A stretch of DNA of 64,000 nt. Source: Candidatus Omnitrophota bacterium (GTDB lineage: Bacteria > Omnitrophota > Gorgyraeia > Aquiviventales > Aquiviventaceae). The DNA is taken from assembly GCA_016193175.1 (NCBI GenBank), contig JACPSR010000142.1, forward strand, positions 118,332 to 182,331. The letters are read 5' to 3'. Both the position numbers and the translations under genes were made by a program. Shown piece by piece: positions 43,366 through 51,891 of the stretch. The stretch's first letter is position 1. The number at the start of each line of letters is the position of its first letter. Under the pieces are notes generated by a model. It worked only from the letters and a program-made list of their open reading frames with translations. It made no database searches and was not told the DNA's origin.

Positions 43366-44484
43366 ATGCGGTATCGTGCGACTGAGCCGCTCATTTCTCC
43401 GAAGGTCCTTGAGAACATCCGCAGGGTCCTGGAGGAGCGCTATCTGAGCCCTGGTCGCTGGGTGCGAACGTTTGAGGAGCGATGGGCCGCGGTGTGCGGC
43501 GTCACGTATGCGGTGGCCACTTCGAGCGGCACGGCCGCGCTTCATCTGGCGATGCGGGCGGCTGGCATTGGGCCGGGCGATGAGGTCATCGTCCCCGCGG
43601 TGACCTGCCCGGATACCTTGAACGCAGTGACCTTCGTGGGCGGAACACCTGTGATCGTCGATATCGAACCCCTGCGATTCGGCCTGGACCCCGCGCGGGT
43701 TCAAGAGGCGATCTCAAAGCGGACGAAGGCGGTCGTCCCCGTGCACCTGTATGGCTGTCCGGTGTCGCCGCAAGTCTTTGAGCTGTGCTCGGCGCGCGGC
43801 CTCCTGGTCATCGAGGATGCGGCAGAAGCGCATGGGGCGCAGCTCGATGGCCGGATGGTGGGGTCGCTCGGGACCATGTGCTGTTTCAGTTTCCGAGGGG
43901 ACAAGGTCCTGGGCGTGGGCACCGGGGGCATGATCACGACCAACAACCCCCAGCTGGCCCAGCGCGCCCGATACATGCTGGGGATGGCCAGCCCAGGCGG
44001 ATTTGACCGCTACCAGAGCACCGAGATGGGCTTTAGCTATGAGCTCTCGAACGTGCACGCGGCCATCGGCGTCGCGCAAATTGACGTCCTTGAGGAAACC
44101 CTGAGAGCAAAACGTCAGATTGCGAGATGGTATGACGAGCTGTTGCCGGAGGACGCCCTCGACAAACCAGCGATGATTCCAGGCCACGTCTGGTGGAGGT
44201 ACGCCGTGCTGCTGAAGACCGCTAACCCCCGAGAGGTCCATGCGCAGTTAATCGATGTAGGGATCGAGACGATGCCGCCGTTTACCCCGATGTATCGAAT
44301 CCCTATGTATCGCGGAGGCCACCGGCCATCCGATTTTCCAATTACTGAGGATCTCTACCGGCGATCCTTGGCGCTGCCGATCAGCCCCTATTTGGAGCGG
44401 CCGCAGGTGGAGGAAATTGTCAACGCCCTCCAGCAAGCGGTCAAAACATCCCGAGGGGATGCCTTAGAGCTTCGGAAACAATAA
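43366..44484 (+). CDS. DegT/DnrJ/EryC1-family PLP aminotransferase (paralog B)
   Basis: MRYRATEPLISPKVLENIRRVLEERYLSPGRWV.. is collinear with the 24710 gene without gaps; long identical blocks include YAVATSSGTAALHL, GLLVIEDAAEAHGA, CFSFRGDKVLGVGTGGMI, LGMASPGGFDRY and YRRSLALPISPYL. An alternative start is ATG 43321. Confidence 0.9.
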   Translation: MRYRATEPLISPKVLENIRRVLEERYLSPGRWVRTFEERWAAVCGVTYAVATSSGTAALHLAMRAAGIGPGDEVIVPAVTCPDTLNAVTFVGGTPVIVDIEPLRFGLDPARVQEAISKRTKAVVPVHLYGCPVSPQVFELCSARGLLVIEDAAEAHGAQLDGRMVGSLGTMCCFSFRGDKVLGVGTGGMITTNNPQLAQRARYMLGMASPGGFDRYQSTEMGFSYELSNVHAAIGVAQIDVLEETLRAKRQIARWYDELLPEDALDKPAMIPGHVWWRYAVLLKTANPREVHAQLIDVGIETMPPFTPMYRIPMYRGGHRPSDFPITEDLYRRSLALPISPYLERPQVEEIVNALQQAVKTSRGDALELRKQ

Positions 44485-45257
44485 TGCCGACACCGCAGGT
44501 CGCATCGCCACAGGTCTCGCTGATCCTTCCGACCTATAACGAAGCGCACAACATCGTGCCGCTGATCCAAGAGCTCAAACGGCACCTCAACGGCGTGTCT
44601 CACGAAATTCTCCTGATGGATGACAACAGTCCGGATCGCACCGCCCAGGTAGCGGAGGCGGCGTTCGCGGATGATTCCACCGTTCAGGTCCATATCCGTG
44701 TACGGGACCGAGGTCTGGCGAAGGCGGTCAGGGAGGGGGTGGAGCGCTCGCGGGGCGCCTATGTATTGGTGATGGATAGCGATTTTAATCATGACCCCGC
44801 GATTGTGGGGCGGCTCGTTGAACTCAGCCAGCATGCAGACATGGTCATCGGCTCGCGGTTCTGCGACGGCGGGGGGATGGCCAGCCGCTGGCGCTACCAT
44901 TGCAGCCGGCTCTACAGCAACTGGTTCGTCCGTCCGCTCCTGGGTATGGGCGTGCGCGACAACCTGTGCGGCTACTATCTCATTCGCCGCGACAGGCTCA
45001 TGCGTCTGCCCTACGATGAGATTTTCCACGGCTACGGCGACTATTTCTTTAGATTGTTGTGGCACGCGCGTGCGGTGGGCTGCTCGATGATCGAGACGCC
45101 GGTCTTCTACAGGCAGCGACCCAGCGGCAGAAGCAAATCGAATCTGCCCGTTCTGCTGTTCAGCTACACCTGGACCGTCTTGGATCTGTGGCTGCATGCT
45201 GGACAGCCTCGCTGGCCTGCTCCAGGGTCCGACAAGCCGGACACCCCGCATGGCTGA
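44484..45257 (+). CDS. GT2 polyprenyl-phosphate glycosyltransferase (Dpm1-like), copy 3
   Basis: ..VSLILPTYNEAHNIVPLIQEL.., ..ILLMDDNSPDRT.., ..VMDSDFNHDP.. TAATG overlap with the upstream stop. Confidence 0.85.
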   Translation: MPTPQVASPQVSLILPTYNEAHNIVPLIQELKRHLNGVSHEILLMDDNSPDRTAQVAEAAFADDSTVQVHIRVRDRGLAKAVREGVERSRGAYVLVMDSDFNHDPAIVGRLVELSQHADMVIGSRFCDGGGMASRWRYHCSRLYSNWFVRPLLGMGVRDNLCGYYLIRRDRLMRLPYDEIFHGYGDYFFRLLWHARAVGCSMIETPVFYRQRPSGRSKSNLPVLLFSYTWTVLDLWLHAGQPRWPAPGSDKPDTPHG

Positions 45258-46677
45258 GTTCTGTGGTCCTCGCAGGCCTGGGCGGTGGGCGTGGCGAAGC
45301 ATCCCGTATGCAGTCGGGATCCTGAACCTGCTCCTCTTTCATGTGGTGTTCCGTATCGAGCGTGGCACGTTTTTTGGCGGAGATTCCGGGCAGTATATGG
45401 CGATCGCGGAGGCGTTGCGCTCGGGAGCGTTATGGAACACCGCCGAGAACGGCAAGCCGCTCGGCTACCCCTTGATACTAGCTCTCGCAGGCAGCCTACC
45501 GGGAGACACCGTTGTCAATGCGCTTCTGTTCAACTGGCTGTTCTACCTGACCACCATCCTTGCGATTGGGCACATCGGGCGCCTGCTGACCGGATCGTCG
45601 ATGGTCGGCTGGAGCGCCCAAACCCTGTTTGCCGTGATCCCCAACACCGCAGCTTGGGCGAACCTTGTGTATTCAGACACGATGGCGATGGGACTGTTCG
45701 TCAGCAGCTTCTGGGTCTTCCTGAGGATCATCCACGTCCCTGCGGAGGCGCTCGTGCGCTGGAATCTCATGGGGCTCGGGCTGCTCCTTGGACTTCTGGG
45801 TATTACGCGCACCGAATACCTGGTGCTCCTCCCGCTCGTGACGCTGCTGCTCTGTGGACTGCACCTCTCCCGAGGGGTTTTCATAAGGCGGGCGGTCAAC
45901 AGCGCGCTGCTCCTGTGGCTGTGCAGCCTGCCACTGCTGCTGCTTCAACCGACGGTTTCTGGCTGGCGGGGGTTGGCATCGCTGCTCCCTCCAAACCAGT
46001 CTGGACCCTTGCAATTGTGGGCAGGGCGGTTCGACCTCGACTTCAGTCAGCTGCGTATCTGGAAACTCATCGACCTTGTCCACCTGACCAGTCATCGTCC
46101 GTCAATGCTGGATATTGCCGACGTGCAGCGCCAGCTTGACGCGCTCAAGTATACCCAGCGCGGCGAGGATCCAATTGACGATCAGGTCCTCAGGCTTGCC
46201 GTCCACGACCTGCAGATCTTGCACACACTCGTGACAGCCCGGGGGCTTGCGCCGCTTGATGCCTACCGGATCCTCGCGTGGCAGACGCTGACCCAAAACC
46301 CGTGGCGGTTTGTTGCGCGGGCGATTCGGCGGTTTGCCCTGTACGTTACGGCTGCCGAGCGCGAGTGGTCACCAGCCCATCCTGCGTATTGGGTGTACAC
46401 CACGCTGTTGCGTCCGCTTTCAACGCTCGGGTATCTGTTCTGGGTGATGCTGGTCATGGTCAACCGAGGGGCGGCGCGCTGGAAGATGGCGGCGACCGGG
46501 CTCTGGATGGCATTTCCTATCCTGGTGCATTCGTGGTTCATGTTTGAGCAACGCTGGGCTTACCCATCAGTGCCGCTGCTGTGCACGGTCTGGGCGATGG
46601 CAGGACAGACGCTATGGGGTTGGTACGTGCATCGGACCGCTGACACCAGATCCGTCGTACTGGTATGCGGGCGATGA
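45250..46677 (+). CDS. Polytopic membrane protein, GT-C-like
   Basis: ..FFGGDSGQYMAIAEALRSGALWNTAENGKPLGYPLILAL.. (a first-loop acidic motif as in ArnT-like enzymes), about 11 helices and one ~90-aa soluble loop. Confidence 0.5.
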   Translation: MAEFCGPRRPGRWAWRSIPYAVGILNLLLFHVVFRIERGTFFGGDSGQYMAIAEALRSGALWNTAENGKPLGYPLILALAGSLPGDTVVNALLFNWLFYLTTILAIGHIGRLLTGSSMVGWSAQTLFAVIPNTAAWANLVYSDTMAMGLFVSSFWVFLRIIHVPAEALVRWNLMGLGLLLGLLGITRTEYLVLLPLVTLLLCGLHLSRGVFIRRAVNSALLLWLCSLPLLLLQPTVSGWRGLASLLPPNQSGPLQLWAGRFDLDFSQLRIWKLIDLVHLTSHRPSMLDIADVQRQLDALKYTQRGEDPIDDQVLRLAVHDLQILHTLVTARGLAPLDAYRILAWQTLTQNPWRFVARAIRRFALYVTAAEREWSPAHPAYWVYTTLLRPLSTLGYLFWVMLVMVNRGAARWKMAATGLWMAFPILVHSWFMFEQRWAYPSVPLLCTVWAMAGQTLWGWYVHRTADTRSVVLVCGR

Positions 46678-46679
46678 GG

Positions 46680-47309
46680 TCAGTGGTGGGCAGGCGAGGG
46701 GAAGGCAGACGCGGGCAGAGCAGCCTGGGGGGTCATGATGCATTCGTAGACTTCCCAGGGCTCGTGATACATCCGCAGTTGGTCGATGACGCGGAATCCC
46801 CGTCTGCGATAGAAGCGGGTTGCTGGCTCGTTCTTCGCCTTCACTGCCACGCAGTAGCGGGCACATCCCTGCGCACGGAACCACTCGCTCAACGCGGCGA
46901 CCAGGTGGGTGCCGATCCCACGCCCCTGTCTGGAGGGATCGACCGCGATCGCCATGAGCTCCGGTCCCGCATATCGGCTGCGCCTGGGATACGCAAGCGT
47001 CTCGAGGGCAAGTGGAATCAGCCGCGGATGGCTGACACAGCGTAGACATGTCTTCAATCCCAGGGGCAGCCATGCCCGTCGCAGGACTGCCGGCATGACG
47101 CGGCTAGCGTTGAGGCACCCAAGGACAAACCCCTCCGCCTGCCCGCGCTCCTCATAGACGAAGGCTGCGACGTCGGGACGGTGCAGGAGTGCGGCATAGA
47201 GGCTGGTCAGGAACGACACCCCCAGGTCGGGCAGCACGTCACCCGGGCGGGCGGCAACATGGATGGCGGCGACCTGCGCGCAATCTCGAGCTTGGAGAGG
47301 GCGAATCAT
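46680..47309 (-). CDS. GNAT family N-acetyltransferase
   Basis: ..ELMAIAVDPSRQGRGIGTHLVAALSEWFRAQGCARYCVAVKAKNEPATRFYRRRGFRV.. (Q/RxxGxG/A acetyl-CoA motif). Convergent with the upstream gene, with only 2 nt between the two stop codons. Confidence 0.85.
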   Translation of the reverse strand: MIRPLQARDCAQVAAIHVAARPGDVLPDLGVSFLTSLYAALLHRPDVAAFVYEERGQAEGFVLGCLNASRVMPAVLRRAWLPLGLKTCLRCVSHPRLIPLALETLAYPRRSRYAGPELMAIAVDPSRQGRGIGTHLVAALSEWFRAQGCARYCVAVKAKNEPATRFYRRRGFRVIDQLRMYHEPWEVYECIMTPQAALPASAFPSPAHH

Positions 47310-47391
47310 GCGCTCATCCTACCACAAGCGGCAGCGCACCGCTGCAACAGCTGCCTCTGTCTTTCGTCAGGGGTTTTGCGATGATGTGGCG

Positions 47392-48660
47392 ATGACCAAT
47401 CCTCTTCCTCTAAAGATCCTCCGGATCCTCACCCGCATGAATATCGGCGGGCCAGCGGTGCACGCGTCAATCCTCTCCACCCAGTTGGATCCCCATCGCG
47501 TGACCACCCATTTGGTGGTCGGGCGGCCGGACGCGACGGAAGGCGATCTCAGCGGGTGTGTCCACGGTCCGCATGTGCGCGTGACGCAGCTGAACACCCT
47601 CGGCAGAGCGCTCCATCCGTGGAAGGACGTGGTGTCGCTCGCCAGGTTGCTCAAGATGATCTGGCAGGACCCTCCGCACATTCTTCACACGCACATGGCG
47701 AAGGCCGGTGCCCTCGGTCGGCTCGCCGGTATCCTGTACAACCGGGTGGGACCAGGCCGCCGTCGTTCCAAGGTGATCCTGGTCCACACCTTCCACGGCC
47801 ATGTCCTTGACGGGTACTTTGCGCCGTGGCTCTCCCGGTTCTTTCTCATGCTCGAACGATGGTTGGCACGCCACACGGATTGCCTCATTGCGGTCAACCA
47901 GGCGGTTCGCCGTGAGTTGCTCAAGCACGGCATCGGTCGCAGCGAGCAATGGCGCGTGATTCCGATTGGCCTCAATCTGTCTGCGCTGGCGCAGCTCCCA
48001 GTTCCAAACGGCACGTCGCCGGTGCGATTCGGGATCGTTGGCCGCCTTGTTCCGATCAAGAATCCCCAGCTGTTTCTTGAGGGTCTGCGCCGCATGGTCC
48101 GAGACCAGCCGGGAGGTTCTGTGGCGGGGATTATCGTCGGTGATGGCCCCCTCCGCGATGCGTTGGAGCGCGTCTCGGAGCGCTTAGGGCTGTCCGAGAT
48201 CGTTCGGTTTGCCGGATGGCAGCGGGATCTCCGCATGGTGTACGAAGGATTGGATGTGGTGTGTCTCACCTCATGGAACGAAGGCACGCCGGTCTCACTG
48301 ATCGAGGCCATGGCTGCCGGGCGTGCGGTGGTCGCCACCGACGTCGGCGGGGTTCGCGAGCTCTTGGCGGACGGCGAGGATTCGCGCGTCCTGATTCCTC
48401 AACGGGGATTTCACATTGCCCAGCGGGGGATCCTGGTCTTGCCGGGAGATGGAGCAGGTCTGGCGGCGGCCCTGAACCGAGTTGGTCACGATCCCGCCCT
48501 GCGCTGTCGACTCGGACAAGCGGCCCGCGCCTATGTGGTCGGCGTGTATCACGCCGAGCGGCTCCTCCGTGATATCTCGGTCCTCTATGAGGAGTTGGTC
48601 TGGTCAGGACCCGCCAGGGGGGCGGGTCGGATGGGGGCATCGGGGAAGGATCGACCATGA
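47392..48660 (+). CDS. Glycosyltransferase family 1 (GT4-like)
   Basis: ..LKILRILTRMNIGGPAVHASIL.., ..HTHMAKAGALGRLAG.., ..VCLTSWNEGTPVSLIEAMAAGRAVVATDVGGVRELL.. The start was moved to ATG 47392. Confidence 0.85.
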   Translation: MTNPLPLKILRILTRMNIGGPAVHASILSTQLDPHRVTTHLVVGRPDATEGDLSGCVHGPHVRVTQLNTLGRALHPWKDVVSLARLLKMIWQDPPHILHTHMAKAGALGRLAGILYNRVGPGRRRSKVILVHTFHGHVLDGYFAPWLSRFFLMLERWLARHTDCLIAVNQAVRRELLKHGIGRSEQWRVIPIGLNLSALAQLPVPNGTSPVRFGIVGRLVPIKNPQLFLEGLRRMVRDQPGGSVAGIIVGDGPLRDALERVSERLGLSEIVRFAGWQRDLRMVYEGLDVVCLTSWNEGTPVSLIEAMAAGRAVVATDVGGVRELLADGEDSRVLIPQRGFHIAQRGILVLPGDGAGLAAALNRVGHDPALRCRLGQAARAYVVGVYHAERLLRDISVLYEELVWSGPARGAGRMGASGKDRP

Positions 48661-48918
48661 AGCCGCGGCCGGCGCCCTCCAGACGTTCGAACACCTGCTT
48701 CGCGGAGCGATCCGAACCGCCGCTGGGTACCCCTGACGTGGTATCATATGTGACGTTGCGAAGAGGCGTTGGGGCGGACGGGTGAGGCGCGCCTGTGCTA
48801 CACGAAAGCGTCGGAGGCGGGAATCGGTGCAGCGGCTCGCCGCTTAGCGAACCGTCAAGGGGAGACCATTCAGACGATTGACATGGCGGCTCTGTCGGTG
48901 AATGAAAGGGAGAGAAGG

Positions 48919-49899
48919 ATGCGCATGTTGGTTACAGGTGGGGCGGGATTCATCGGGTCGCATTTGACTGAGCGGCTGCTGCAGGTGGACCATGAGGTGA
49001 CCGTGCTCGATAATCTCTCCACCGGCCACTATGAGAATATCGCGCACCTCGACGGCCACCCGCGCCTTCATTTTGTCGTGGGGACGATCCTCAACGAATC
49101 CCTGGTCGATAAGCTGGTGGAACGCTGCGATGTGGTGTTTCATCTAGCGGCAGCGGTCGGGGTTGAGCTTATCATCAAGAAGCCCCTCGAATCCCTGATG
49201 ACCAACATTCGAGGCAGCGAGGTCGTCCTGGAGATGGTGCATCGGTACCGCAAGAAGGTGCTGATCGCCTCGACGTCGGAGATCTACGGCAAGAACACGA
49301 ACGGTCCACTTCGGGAAGACACCGATCGCATCCTCGGCTCTCCGCTGAAAAGCCGGTGGAGCTACTCCACGTCAAAGGCGGTCGATGAGATCCTGGCGCA
49401 CGTCTACTGGAAAGAGAAAGGGGTGCCGACGGTCATCGTGCGTCTCTTTAACACGGTGGGTCCCCGACAAAGCGGCGCCTATGGGATGGTGATCCCCCGC
49501 TTTGTCAGCCAGGCGCTGAAAGGAGAGCCGCTCGTGGTGCATGGGAGCGGGAAGCAATCCCGCTGCTTCCTGCATGTGAAAGACGTGGTGAACGCCCTGG
49601 TGAAGCTGATTGAGCATCCCCGGGCGGTGGGGGACGTTTTCAACCTGGGCAGCCAGGAAGAGGTGACCATTGAAGCGCTGGCCAACCTCGTCATCCGTCT
49701 GACCAAAAGCCCCTCGCGAGCTGTCTACGTGCCCTATGAAGAAGCCTATGAAGAGGGGTTTGAGGACATGCCACGGCGGGTGCCGGATACCAGCAAGGTT
49801 CGCGGCCTGATCGGTTTCCAGCCCACGATGAATCTCGAGGAGATTATCCAGAGCGTGGTGGACAGCATGCGCCAACCCTTTCCAGCACCCGCCAAATAG
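48919..49899 (+). CDS. NAD-dependent NDP-sugar epimerase/dehydratase (extended SDR; UXS/ArnA-C/GalE-like)
   Basis: MRMLVTGGAGFIGSHL.., ..ASTSEIYG.., ..YSTSKAVDE.. (YxxxK). GGGAGAGAAGG lies directly upstream of ATG 48919; the track's 50-aa N-terminal extension is unlikely. Confidence 0.9.
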   Translation: MRMLVTGGAGFIGSHLTERLLQVDHEVTVLDNLSTGHYENIAHLDGHPRLHFVVGTILNESLVDKLVERCDVVFHLAAAVGVELIIKKPLESLMTNIRGSEVVLEMVHRYRKKVLIASTSEIYGKNTNGPLREDTDRILGSPLKSRWSYSTSKAVDEILAHVYWKEKGVPTVIVRLFNTVGPRQSGAYGMVIPRFVSQALKGEPLVVHGSGKQSRCFLHVKDVVNALVKLIEHPRAVGDVFNLGSQEEVTIEALANLVIRLTKSPSRAVYVPYEEAYEEGFEDMPRRVPDTSKVRGLIGFQPTMNLEEIIQSVVDSMRQPFPAPAK

Positions 49900-49910
49900 C
49901 CAGCCTGTCG

Positions 49911-51728
49911 ATGGGCCTCGAAACAGCAAGAGAGCTCGGCCGAGTCGGATTGGCTGGCATGACGGCGTTCGTGATCACCCTGCTGCTTACCCCCCTGGTG
50001 CGGTTGACCGCCGTCCGGTTTGGGTGGATCGTCAAGCCGGCGGAATCACGTTGGGGCAGGCGCGTCGTCGCCCGGCTGGGCGGGGTCGCCATGTTTATCG
50101 GGTTTGTCGCGACGACCGCCTTGTGGGTGCCCTGGGAACGATCGGTCTTGGCGCTGCTCGGGGGGGTGAGCCTCGTCTATGTCGTCGGGCTCGTGGATGA
50201 CTTCCGTCGAATTCCTCCGTATGCCAAGCTGCTGGCCCAACTGCTCATCGGCTGCGTGATCGTCCTCAGCGGCATCCGGTTGGCGTCCGTCCCCTGGGCG
50301 TGGGTGTCGATTCCGCTGTCCGTCTTGTGGTTTGTCTTTGTGATGAATGCCTTCAACCTCCTGGACAACATGGACGGCCTGGCGGCCGGCGTGGGGGCGA
50401 TTGCCGCGGGGTTCTGCGTGCTCCATGCCGCCCTGAGCGGCCAGTGGGTCGTCGCGACGCTGGCGGGCATCGTGAGCGGCGTGTGTCTGGGCTTCCTGCG
50501 CTACAACTTTCCTCCGGCCAAGATCTTCATGGGCGACTCCGGCAGTCACCTGCTGGGTTTGAGCCTGGCGACGGTGGTCCTGATGGAGAGCCGACCGCAC
50601 TCGACGCAGCTCGTCAGCATCTTGGCGGTGCCCGCCCTCGTGCTGGCCGTGCCGATCTTTGACACCTGTTTCGTGACCGTGCAGCGTCTGCTCCATCGGC
50701 TGCATCCCTTCGCCGGCGGTATCGACCATGTCTCCCACCGGTTGGCGATTCTGGGGCTCAGCCCTCGTCAAACCGTGATCGTCCTCTACGGGGCCAGCGC
50801 GGCTCTGGGAGGCTTGAGCGTGTTCTCGACGCGTCTCAGCCCTCTTCCGGCGATCGCCATGTGGCTGCTCGTCCTTGTCGGACTGATCCTGTGCGGCCGC
50901 TACCTGGCGCGGGTGAACGTGTACCGCTTGCAACCCGCCGAAACGCCGGCCGCCAGGATGGGGAGCCCTCCGGTGACGCTGATTGAGACGATGCTGCTGC
51001 ACAAGCGCCGGCTGGTCGAGGTCTTGGTCGATTTCGGCATCGTGAGCAGCGTCTATGTGTTCGCGCATCTCTTGCGGTTTGAGGGAGCGCTGACGAGCCA
51101 CCTCCAATCGCTGCTGGTCCGCTCCCTCCCGATCATCCTGGTGGGCAAGTTGATCTGTTTCGCGGGCTGCGGGCTCTATCGCAGGGTCTGGCGGTATCCA
51201 GATCTCTCCGACCTCTTAGCGGTCTTCAAAGCGGTGTCGCTCGGCTCCATCCTGTCGTCCATCGCGCTCCTCTACCTCTGGCGCTTTGAAGGATATTCCC
51301 GCGCCGTGTTGATCATCGATTGGATGCTCTGCTTACTCGCCATCGGGGGCTCACGGGTGGTTGAGCGCGTGCTGGATGAGTGGATCAGCGCCGCGAGCAA
51401 CCAGGAAAGCGTTCCGGTCCTCATTCTCGGAGCCGGTGAAACTGGGGAGCGGGTGTTGCGATTCCTCAGGCTTCAAGGCAGAGGCACGCGCCGAGCGGTT
51501 GGCTTTCTTGACGATGATTGGCGCAAGCAGGGCAACCAGCTCCACCGTGTCCGCGTGCTGGGGACGCGGGAGCGGCTCGCAGCGGTGCTCGCGGAATACG
51601 GCGTGCGTGAAGTCCTGATTGCGATCAGCGATCCGCCGGGCGATCTCCTTCAACACGTGCGCCAGTGTTGCGAGCCTCGGGGCATCGCCTGGAAAATGGT
51701 GACGGCGGACGTGACTGACGCCGTATAA
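49911..51728 (+). CDS. Polyprenyl-phosphate HexNAc-1-phosphate transferase (WecA/MraY family) fused to a WbpM/PglF/CapD N-terminal-like membrane + Rossmann module
   Basis: N-terminal ~330 aa: ..VGLVDDFRRIP.., ..VMNAFNLLDNMDGLAAG.., ..NFPPAKIFMGDSGSHLLG.. C-terminal ~270 aa: four TM helices (..WRYPDLSDLLAVFKAV..), then ..VPVLILGAGETGERVLRFL...AVGFLDDDWRKQGNQLHRVRVLG..VLIAISD.. Confidence 0.85.
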   Translation: MGLETARELGRVGLAGMTAFVITLLLTPLVRLTAVRFGWIVKPAESRWGRRVVARLGGVAMFIGFVATTALWVPWERSVLALLGGVSLVYVVGLVDDFRRIPPYAKLLAQLLIGCVIVLSGIRLASVPWAWVSIPLSVLWFVFVMNAFNLLDNMDGLAAGVGAIAAGFCVLHAALSGQWVVATLAGIVSGVCLGFLRYNFPPAKIFMGDSGSHLLGLSLATVVLMESRPHSTQLVSILAVPALVLAVPIFDTCFVTVQRLLHRLHPFAGGIDHVSHRLAILGLSPRQTVIVLYGASAALGGLSVFSTRLSPLPAIAMWLLVLVGLILCGRYLARVNVYRLQPAETPAARMGSPPVTLIETMLLHKRRLVEVLVDFGIVSSVYVFAHLLRFEGALTSHLQSLLVRSLPIILVGKLICFAGCGLYRRVWRYPDLSDLLAVFKAVSLGSILSSIALLYLWRFEGYSRAVLIIDWMLCLLAIGGSRVVERVLDEWISAASNQESVPVLILGAGETGERVLRFLRLQGRGTRRAVGFLDDDWRKQGNQLHRVRVLGTRERLAAVLAEYGVREVLIAISDPPGDLLQHVRQCCEPRGIAWKMVTADVTDAV

Positions 51729-51880
51729 CCCACACCACAGAAACACAGTCCGCCAACAGAATTGGCGGATCCGCCACGCTGTGTGGCAGAAATTCCACAG
51801 AGGCACAGAGGCGTGTCGACAAACGTGCTCTGTGTCTCTGTGGGATTCGTTCTGTGGCCTCTGTGGTGTGGTTCTGTGAG
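51729..51880. repeat. Nested palindromic intergenic element built from CACAG/CTGTG units, including a small GC hairpin just after the upstream stop
   Basis: Hairpin: ccgccaa(51750-56)/ttggcgg(51762-68). Inner arms: ccacagaggcacagaggcgt (51795-51814) versus acgtgctctgtgtctctgtgg (51822-51843), flanking gtcgac (51815-20). Outer arms: cacaccacagaaacacag (51731-48) versus ctgtggcctctgtggtgtg (51852-70). There are 4 CACAG and 6 CTGTG pentamers in about 150 bp. Confidence 0.85.
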
Positions 51881-51891
51881 GGCTTGCGTGG

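Noticed and set aside
47310-47391. Small inverted repeat gcagcg-cac-cgctgc in the divergent GNAT/GT1 intergenic region, considered as an operator.
   Set aside because: A 6-bp stem in GC-rich DNA is expected by chance. There are no flanking promoter hexamers I can support.
48878-48906. Perfect TTGACA hexamer with 17-nt spacing to AATGAA, considered as a promoter for the epimerase/WecA sub-operon.
   Set aside because: The -10 candidate matches TATAAT at only 3 of 6 positions. The implied TSS would fall inside the strong Shine-Dalgarno sequence (GGGAGAGAAGG) of the 48919 gene. The 258-bp gap probably holds a promoter, but I cannot place it from sequence alone.
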